Assembly: GCA_012295275.1 (NCBI GenBank)
Contig: CM022668.1
Span: 8,432,001 to 8,496,000, forward strand
Origin: Chrysomallon squamiferum
Lineage: Eukaryota; Animalia; Mollusca
Direction: 5' to 3'
Length of the DNA: 64,000 nucleotides
Shown here: positions 54,269 to 64,000 of the stretch, piece by piece
Layout of the letters: every line of letters starts with the position of its first letter
Numbering within the stretch: position 1 is the stretch's first letter
Made by a program: the position numbers and the translations under genes
The notes under the pieces: model-generated
What the model was told of the DNA's origin: nothing
What the model saw: the letters and a program-made list of their open reading frames with translations, nothing else
Databases searched by the model: none

Positions 54269-56696
54269 ATGGGGACAAACTTGCTTTGTTCTTTTCTTGT
54301 CGCAAGTTTTGTGTTTCTCGTCTCAGGCGTTCCTAGAGGTAGGACGATTCTATTTTTTCTTTTCTTTTTTTTTTTTTTTTTTTTTTTTTTCTATTTTTTT
54401 TTTTTTTTCTCGTATAAATGCATAAAACTCTTTATTGATTAGATTTAGCAATCTGTATGTTTATATTGTGTCAACGTTGATATGTAAACGTGTTCATTAA
54501 TGTATGTGTGTATGTGTGTGTGTGCGTATGTGTAATACATTTCTCTGAATAGAAACACTAACTGACAGCCAATAGTAAAGGACGAAACTAACATGAAAAA
54601 AAAAATGATATTTTACGTCTGCTTTGTTTTAGCTATGCACGTCAAATGTTGAGTGAATTAATGCAAATAAAGCTTAAACTGATGCAATGACGTGTATTTC
54701 TCGAGTTATTGACGATTATCTTCACGTTATTAAAATGAGTGAGACACTGAGCGAGTAAATGTCGTCAGTTCTTGTATTTAACGTGATGAACGTGAACACT
54801 CTTATTCCACGTAATGCACTGTTAGATGTTTATATAACGTGAACACTCTTATTCCACGTAATGCACTGTTAGATATTTATATAACGTGAAGAACGTGAAC
54901 ACTCTCTTATTCCACGTAATGCACTGTTAGATATTTATATAACGTGAACACTCTTATTCCACGTAATGCACTGTTAGATATTTATATAACGTGAACACTC
55001 TTATTCCACGTAATGCACTGTTAGATATTTATATAACGTGAACACTCTTATTCCACGTAATGCACTGTTAGATATTTATATAACGTGATGAACGTGAACA
55101 CTCTTATTCCACGTAATGCACTGTTAGATATTTATATAACGTGAACACTCTTATTCCACGTAATGCACTGTTAGATATTTATATAACGTGATGAACGTGA
55201 GCACTCTTATTCCACGTAATGCACTGTTAGATATTTATATAACGTGATGAACGTGAACACTCTTATTCCACGTAATGCACTGTTAGATATTTATATAACG
55301 TGATGAACGTGAACACTCTTATTCCACGTAATGCACTGTTAGATATTTATATAACGTGATGAACGTGAACACTCTTATTCCACGTAATGCACTGTTAGAT
55401 ATTTATATAACGTGAACACTCTTATTCCACGTAATGCACTGTTAGATATTTATATAACGTGATGAACGTGAACACTCTTATTCCACGTAATGCACTGTTA
55501 GATATTTATATAACGTGATGAACGTGAACACTCTTATTCCACGTAATGCACTGTTAGATATTTATATAACGTGATGAACGTGAACACTCTTATTCCACGT
55601 AATGCACTGTTAGATATTTATATAACGTGAACACTCTTATTCCACGTAATGCACTGTTAGATATTTATATAACGTGATGAACGTGAACACACTCTTATTC
55701 CACGTAATGCACTGTTAGATGTTTATATAACGTGAACACTCTTATTCCACGTAATGCACTGTTAGATATTTATATAACGTGATGAACGTGAACACACTCT
55801 TATTCCACGTAATGCACTGTTAGATATTTATATAACGTGATGAACGTGAACACTCTTATTCCACGTAATGCACTGTTAGATATTTATATAACGTGATGAA
55901 CGTGAACACACTCTTATTCCACGTAATGCACTGTTAGATATTTATATAACGTGATGAACGTGAACACACTCTTATTCCACGTAATGCACTGTTAGATATT
56001 TATATAACGTGATGAACGTGAACACACTCTTATTCCACGTAAAGCACTGTTAGATGTAAAACTGTTACGAAATTAGTAATTTTTTTAGTTTATTATTTAT
56101 TTATTTTTTGTGAAGGGCTATAGATATGTGAAAAAATATTGTTTGTTTTAAATGTTTTGTATATTTATATTCAACTAAGCAGTATTTACATTATGTAAAT
56201 ATTAATGTTTATATACTTATATATTCGGCTAAATAAATATAAATATATATATAGATATAAAACATTTAGGTAAATATGTCATATCATTATGTTTATATTA
56301 TGATTTTGAAGAGTTACATAAACCGAGGTTGGCTGGACGGTCGGTTCGACGACATATAGTCTGTTTCAAATGTAGTCTAAGTTTTACTTTTCATATTTCT
56401 GATCCGGCAGTGGGTAGATCTGTTTTAGTGAGCAGCTAAGAACCGTATTAACGAGGGTAACGGGCCACTGAACTGTGCTTTTATTTTAGATCGTTTGTTA
56501 TCCGTGTTGTGCGTTAGCTCTTCATTTGCGTAAATAGTTTTCATACAAAACAAATGTTAACATTCAAAAACCAATTGTACAAAAACGTTTCACGTAAAGA
56601 CATTGATAATCCATTATTTATGTCATTTTATTTATTTATCAAAAATACTATTTTATTTTTTAAAGAATTAAATCATCAGAATAGTATAATGTTTAA

Positions 56697-56763
<67 letters not shown>

Positions 56764-56937
56764 GTTATTATTATTAAACATATGAAATGCTAGGCATATA
56801 TAATCACCATAATAAGTAAAAGACAAAGTTTTTAATATGTGATATTTTATTGTTCATTTATCTAAAAATCAGTTGGAGAAAGTGAAAATCTTATTAATTC
56901 TTAAATATGACGTGTCAAAAAATCAATACATAGACAA

Positions 56938-56968
<31 letters not shown>

Positions 56969-59385
56969 TATTTATTATTACTTAAATTGTTAATTTTTCT
57001 CTTTATATTTCTGATTTATTTATTTGGTTAGTTAATTAGTTATTTTTATTTCTTGTATATATATATATAAAACATTTAAAAAAATCAATGCTTTAGAATG
57101 CAATATAATTAACAATGTAAATGTGTTTGAACGAGCAACACAAATCTTTCAGTTTTTCTATATTATAAATACAAACACTTTGATTTACGTAATATTTTTG
57201 TTTCAGATTTGAGAGCATTTAACCGGTTGACTAAGCGAAATGGAGTAAGTTATTAAACGTAGCAAAACATATAATTTAATATAAACACAGACAAACAGAC
57301 ACACAGATCGAAAGGTACAAAGGTAGAGAGGCAGATATATGTAGATATAAAGACATGCAGATAGATAGAATTATAGAAAGACGGATATTGCTTGTAAAAT
57401 ATGTTTTAAATTTGGTTATTGTTAGATTTAAGTATAAAACTGAAGTATGCAGCTATTGTTCAGATACTATATTACTTTGCATTGTATTTCCTACTAACAT
57501 AAATAATTATGGCTAATGGTATGAAACAAACTGTCCACGAAAGAGATCATCTCTAAACAAACAGATCACTGACTGAATAAACATTAACTACATTTGTAAT
57601 AAACAAGTGGTTACAAAAAATAAATAAATACATTTTTTTAAAAAGGGGAAGAAAAGGGAAAAACAAAATGAAATATCCATTCTAAGTATAATGCTATCTA
57701 TATATTATCATATATTAATAGTGAATTATATTATTATGTCTATAGTCCTACCACTATTACTCCTCCTACTATTACTTCTAGTACTATCACTCTTCTTACT
57801 ACTACTCTACTACTATTACTCCTACTACTATTACTCCTACTACTACAATGCTACTACCATTACTGCTACTTCTGTTTGCGCTATTACCGACTACTACTAT
57901 TATTAATATTTTATTATCACTATTAACATTATTATTATTATTAACATTATTATTATCATTATTATTAACTTTATTATTAATGTAACTAACTTTATTATTA
58001 TTATTAACATTATTGTGTTGTTATTGTTGTTGTTGTTATTATTATTACTATCTGTTTACAGTGTGAATATGATCATTTCTCATTTGACACAACTCATGTT
58101 ATGTGTTTGGATGACGTCGGAACTGAAGTACCAATGACAAACCCTTTCAGGCAGCAGATTGTGGCAGCACACAACCAAATTAGGAATGATGTGGTACCAC
58201 CAGCTGCAGATATGCTGAAAATGGTAATATAATATACATCAACAATCGCCATTTTATAAAAATAAAAATTTAAATTTCTAATTCTACTTGCCTATATAAT
58301 ATTCAGTCATCTGTTATTAATATGGTTGTTGTTGTTATTAAAATGCGGCTCTGTTGTAATTCGATGGTAAAATTATATCATGAAAAAAATCGTGATTAAA
58401 GAAATCAGCTTTTACTCCATCTCGCTATTGACCTAAAACGCATCAGAGAATTCAGAGAATAAATCATCGTTGCTACAGAAACAAAAATAAAAAAATAAAA
58501 AAATAAAAAAATAAATAAATAATAATAAATAAATAAATAAATAAATAATAGGAAAATTTAAAAAAAACACACAATTTGTTCCACATTTGTCTATAAAAAA
58601 GAAGATATATGTATATACAAATTATTAACACAAAAATAAAAATAAAAATAAAATAATAATACTAAAATAAAATACTAAATTCTAGTAATTTATCGCGTTA
58701 TATCCGAACTCACCTTAAATCAGGAAGCGTAAAATCGAGGTTTCACTTGTTCTTTTTATTTTATTTTATTCTTTACTGACTGTTGTCTGTATAGAGGTCA
58801 CAAGATTAATTCTCACCGAGCGGCTACAGGTCACCCCACCCAGTATCACACCCCACTCCACCGAGCATCACACCCCACTCCACCCAGCATCACACCCCAC
58901 TCCACCCAGTATCACACCCCGGCCTTTTAAAATAGCATAACACGAACTTACAAGTGTTCGGGAAGGTATAAATAAACATTTGCAGTTGCTAACTAGCAAA
59001 ACGAGTAACTTTCGGAGTTTGAGCTGCTCAGAGTTTCCTGTCTTATATCTAGTAATTTCAATAAATGAATTTTGCGCCAAATGTTAGCGAATGTTAGCGC
59101 ATGATACTTATAATAATGAATTTACAGCTGTAATATTGTGATTACAAATTCTACTAAGATATAGAATAATTAGAATTGAAACTTGAATATTACTTTGAAA
59201 ATGTGCTTTTTCAGGTTTGGGATGACGAACTTGAAGCTATTGCATCAAAGTTTGCACGACAATGCACTTCCGTACCTGATGAGAAAGCCGATAGAAGTGC
59301 AATATGTATGTTCACTTATTATTATTATTATTATTATTGTTGTTGTTGTTGTTGTTGTTGTCCTTGTCCTTGTCCTTGTCGTTGT

Positions 59386-59419
<34 letters not shown>

Positions 59420-59490
59420 GTTGTTGTCCTTGTCCTTGTCGTTGTTGTTGTTGTTGTTGTTGTCCTTGTCCTTGTCCTTGTCCTTGTCGT

Positions 59491-59524
<34 letters not shown>

Positions 59525-60573
59525 GTTGTTGCTATATTTGACTACTAATATTTTTAGAACTTCTAGTACTATCACTCTTCCTACTAATCTTTTTATTATT
59601 AGCTTCATTTAAAAATTAAAAACTAAAATAAAAGCTATTATTATTATTATTAGTATGCCTGTTGTTTCTTTAATATCTTTGTTTTTGTCATGTTTGGATT
59701 ATATATAATTTTTAAACAAATGACAGCGCTGCCTGGAATCCAGATAGGACAGAACATGTTCATGTCAGACAGCTCCATTAACCCGGCTGATGGTGTCGCC
59801 AGCTGGGAAAGTGCTAAAGACAATTTTACCTATGGAAATGCAAATGAAAATGCAATACCATACTTACAGGTATTCAGAAATTAATTAATTAATTATCCAG
59901 AAACAGACCTGTTATGAAAGTAATGAAGCTAAAACGTCAGGTCCTATAATCCAGGAGGGACCACAGATCATGCCTTAGTTCATACTGCTTCAAAATTTTA
60001 ATAGAAATTTTAGGTGTCGTTGTTAAATTTAAAAACAAAATTATGGAAAAGAAGAGGTTTTCATTCTGACACTTAGTGACTGCTAACAAGTTGAATGGTT
60101 GTTCATTTATTTATTCATTTACATTATAATCTGTCATTGTGTTTCTATCACTCAGTCAGTGAATAATTCAGTATTATGACGCATACATATAATAAAACAA
60201 TAATATATTGATTTATATAAATATTTATTTCAGTTGATTTCAAGTGAGTCGTCCCGAGTTGGCTGTGCAGTGGCTGATTGTAATAGCAAAGGAATTACAG
60301 GTGCATCTAACGAGGTTTACATCATGATCTGCTACTATGCAAAAAGGTAAGTAACTTATTTATTAACAGTAATGACAAATATGGCTCAACCTTAAAGACT
60401 ATTAATTCGAAATATTCAGCAGTCTTTAAAAAGAAATCATTGTTCTTGTAAATTAAATGTTAAAATGTTTGTATTAATAAGAAACTTATTTACTTAACAT
60501 TAGTCTACCAATACATACCCTGAGATACAAATAATTCAGTCTTACATCACTTTTACATGTATTATTATTACTG

Positions 60574-60627
<54 letters not shown>

Positions 60628-61364
60628 TTATTATTATTAGTAGTATTATTAGTATTATTATTTTGAACTGTATTAAAAATATATATCTTTTGAGAAATAA
60701 TAATAATAATAATAATAATAATATATCTCATAGAATACCTGATTCTCGACATGATGATCCTTATTGTGCACCAAGTGAAAAGGATGGCTGCACGTCCTGT
60801 GGAACTGCTGACAGTACATACCCCAACCTTTGTGGTACGTACTCTCTTTCTCTTTTTCAACTCGTATATTCGCAGCCACAGATAAAGCTACTGAAGCTAT
60901 TGTCATATACAAACATACATAATCATGCACATACAAAGAAGATACCATTACTCATATGAGAGAGAGAGAGATTTGCAAGATCATTTATAATCTTACTCCA
61001 AGATTTTGTTATTCATTTTAGACTGCGAAGACAAATTCTGTTTCAATGGTGGCGAAGTTGATGTAGATACGTGTGACTGTAAATGTGATGCAACTGGAGT
61101 TACCTCTGGAACTAACTGTGAAACTGGTAATTAACACTAATTTTTAACATTCAACCTACTTTATTTTTGTTGTTTACTTCATGCCATATATATATTGTCA
61201 AGAATTCATTCAGGACTGGTAGAAAGAAAAGGTATTCCAAGATTTCATTTCTGCTCTTAGTTTGTCTCCTAAACCAGTATCATAAGCAGAATGAGTAAAT
61301 TATTACGTCTTTTATATATAATAATAATTATTATTCTACATGAAAAAAAAATGATCAAAACATC

Positions 61365-61462
<98 letters not shown>

Positions 61463-61995
61463 TAATATTATTTTCTTTTGATTCCAGTTGACTGTACCTT
61501 AGCATCTGATAGTAATGTATGTCGACAAACTTTTTGTTCATCTTTTACTTATGAGGTGGCACTTTTATTCTGTCCATTCACTTGTGAAGTTTGTCCAGGT
61601 ATGTTAGACCTACTGCTATTATTATATATAAACCTTTATACCATGAGACTAAAGTGTGATCTGGAAATGAAATTCATCCAACTGAATTTTATGTATCCAT
61701 ACAGCTATATACACTTCCATCTATCTGTCTGGCACTCTACCTGCCTCTTTATCTGTCAGTTTTAAATTGCATACAAATAACCAATCAGTAATGTTTAATG
61801 AAAATATTAACAGTATTTATTTTTGAACACAGATACGTGTACACTGAACTGCCAGAATGGTGGATATATGAATCGTGTGTTTAAGAACGGGGAGCTCCGA
61901 TGTATCTGTCAGTGCACAAATCATTGGGAAGGGGCAGAATGTGGTATGTGAGAACTTTTATGTTTTTAAACCAATTATTTTCAGTTGAATTATTT

Positions 61996-62091
<96 letters not shown>

Positions 62092-62994
62092 ATTTAATGT
62101 CAGATAGAGGTATTCTTTATCTGTTGGTTTTTTTGGAGTAAGTATATTATTTATTTTTGTTTTTGTTTTTTCAGACACTTGCAACTATTGTCTAAATGGT
62201 GGAAGCCACAACGACTGTAAAACTTGCACCTGTATTAATCACTGGAAAGGCGACCGTTGTGGTAAGTTTGAAAGAATTTTAATATATATTTCTATGTTCT
62301 TAACTTTTGTCCTTTTGTTCCTTCTTTTTGGGGGCATCTGTTTTGTGTGTATGTGAACACACGGTGTATTCTGTAAGAACTTCTGATATATAAACAAAAA
62401 TAAGAAAGCCATTAAATAACAAAACCGTTACTAACCATTTCTGTGAATGAATCAGTATTTTTAGATGTAACGACAAAAGATAACTATAAAATATAATACT
62501 GAATAAGTAAAATAATGCTTACCTCTGTTTCGTAAAATACATAATATTAATAACAGTATCGATGATAATGATGATGATGATAATGACGATGATGATAATG
62601 ACGTCAATGATAAATAAACAGTGTAATCTTAAAGCATTATGATACTTCTACTACTACTACTGATACTACTACAGCTACTACTACAACTACTACTAGTATT
62701 ACTACTACTTTACTACTACTACTACTGCTACTACTGCTACAACTGCTATATTATCATTGTAATTTTGTCGTATTATTCTTTTCTTTTTCGTTTTTTTGTT
62801 ACTACTCCATTATTATTTTTATTATTTTTGGAAGAGCACTTTATCTCCACTGTTATTTCTTTTTGTTACCAGAATTCTTTTCTATAATTTATGATTTCAT
62901 TTTACAGAGACCTGTGATTATTGTGTGCACGGCACAGTCGACAACATTTGTAGTAAATGTTCCTGTGAAACCAACTGGCAGGGTGACAGATGTT
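54269..62994 (+). CDS. CAP-EGF-ShK-(EGF)n secreted cysteine-rich protein, gene D; 3' end beyond the window
   Basis: Exons 54269-54338 ([23 protein letters not shown]), 57207-57244 (DLRAFNRLTKRNG), 58062-58223 (AAHNQIRNDVVPPAADMLKM), 59215-59305, 59727-59869, 60234-60346 (RVGCAVADC...IMICYY), 60734-60834, 61022-61126 (EGF), 61488-61598 (ShK, FCPFTCEVC), 61833-61943 (EGF), 62175-62261 and 62908-62994 (87-nt short EGF repeats). All phases are consistent. Confidence 0.92.
54780..56057. repeat. Minisatellite in gene D intron 1, 47/56/58-bp unit variants, 24 copies
   Basis: Unit (aacgtgatg)aacgtgaacactcttattccacgtaatgcactgttagatatttatat; 24 CCACGTAA occurrences counted by eye. Confidence 0.95.
58833..58920. 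repeat. 22-bp C-rich tandem repeat (~4 copies) in gene D intron 3
   Basis: caccccactccacccagcatca units. Confidence 0.8.
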
Positions 62995-63616
62995 GTAAGT
63001 AGTCTATATACAGTCTTTTCAACACCTTTAAAATATCCTGAATCATAATGTTTTCATTTCAAATATTAGTTTACATGTGAAACAACAGATATTCTATGCT
63101 GAGTTTAAATGCCATTTTCTATTTAGCTAGGTAACTTTTAAAATTATCGGTTATATTATGTCGTGTAATATATTGTCTCTATTCTTCTTATTATTCATTA
63201 AAAGATGTTCTGTTAAAAGAGGACTAATGCCATGTTAATATCTATACCTGCATGACTGATATTAACCACAAGCCCTGTCCATCGCTAAATTAATGACAGA
63301 CGAGTGTCATTAAAGAAAAAGTTGCCTGAACCCCAAAATCAAAACATTCTGAAAGAATGTGAATATACTATCTGTGAATCAGTCTTTAAAATCTTCTCAG
63401 TATACTACCAAATTCTTCTTTTTTTTAAATTTGGATTTAAAAAACATTTTTGTGTGTGTGTGTGTGTTTGCTCTGTCAAATTTTTAATTTTTAATTTCTA
63501 ATAGTGAGGAAACATTATGAGCCTGTTATGTATGGAAGACTTATTCATAACTCTTTGCATATATAAAGATAACATAATAATCAAAACAATTACTAATAGT
63601 ACATATTAACAGTGTC

Positions 63617-63648
<32 letters not shown>

Positions 63649-64000
63649 TAATAATAATATAGTAATATTAATAATAATAATAGTAAAAACAATAATAATA
63701 ATAATAGTAATAGTAATAATACTAATAATAGTAATAATAGTAATAATAGTAATAATACTAATAATACTAATAACAATAACAATAACGATAATGTTATAAA
63801 CAAACGTAAGAACAAAAAAAAAAAAAAAAAAATCGACAAAATTACAGTAACGGCAACAGTAATAATAATAATAAGTGTAGATATGTTTATCAAATAATTT
63901 CAAAGAATCAGTCTTAAGAAAAGTATTAAAAAAAATGATTTATGTAATAAGTATTCAACAGTGAGTATTAAATAACAGTTCTGACTGTAACACTTGTTTC

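Noticed and set aside
54780-56057. CRISPR-like regular array
   Set aside because: No unique spacers; pure tandem units inside a eukaryotic intron; no cas genes.
59176-59612. Poly-Cys/Val/Leu ORFs (metallothionein-like)
   Set aside because: (TTG)n/(TTGTCC)n intronic microsatellite following the real exon 59215-59305.

Overview
AT-rich, microsatellite-dense animal genomic DNA with GT-AG introns, no prokaryotic features and no CRISPR. It is probably molluscan, possibly cephalopod; this is an inference from repeat style and gene families. Most ORFs in the supplied track are microsatellite artefacts, and the real genes are mainly spliced. Manual exon reconstruction shows a mirror-arranged cluster of four secreted cysteine-rich CAP/SCP genes with EGF and ShK modules. 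Gene A (-, runs off the left edge) and gene B (-, 468 aa) point left; gene C (+, 460 aa) and gene D (+, runs off the right edge) point right. The inner pair B/C shares a 157-bp promoter + signal-exon inverted repeat with a single mismatch despite strongly diverged mature exons, and the outer pair A/D also shares a conserved promoter/signal exon. The ~20-kb core holds a Sulfotransfer_2 (CHST-like) gene and three single-coding-exon genes I cannot assign, which form one family: shared N-terminal motif, identical intron position 4 nt before the ATG, and CRE-type promoters. Two of the three have near-identical 3' ends and 11-aa repeats. Also present are a full-length DD34E Tc1 element, a decayed pogo-like remnant, tRNA-derived SINE copies and several minisatellites, one of which multiplies a motif found in the CAP promoters.
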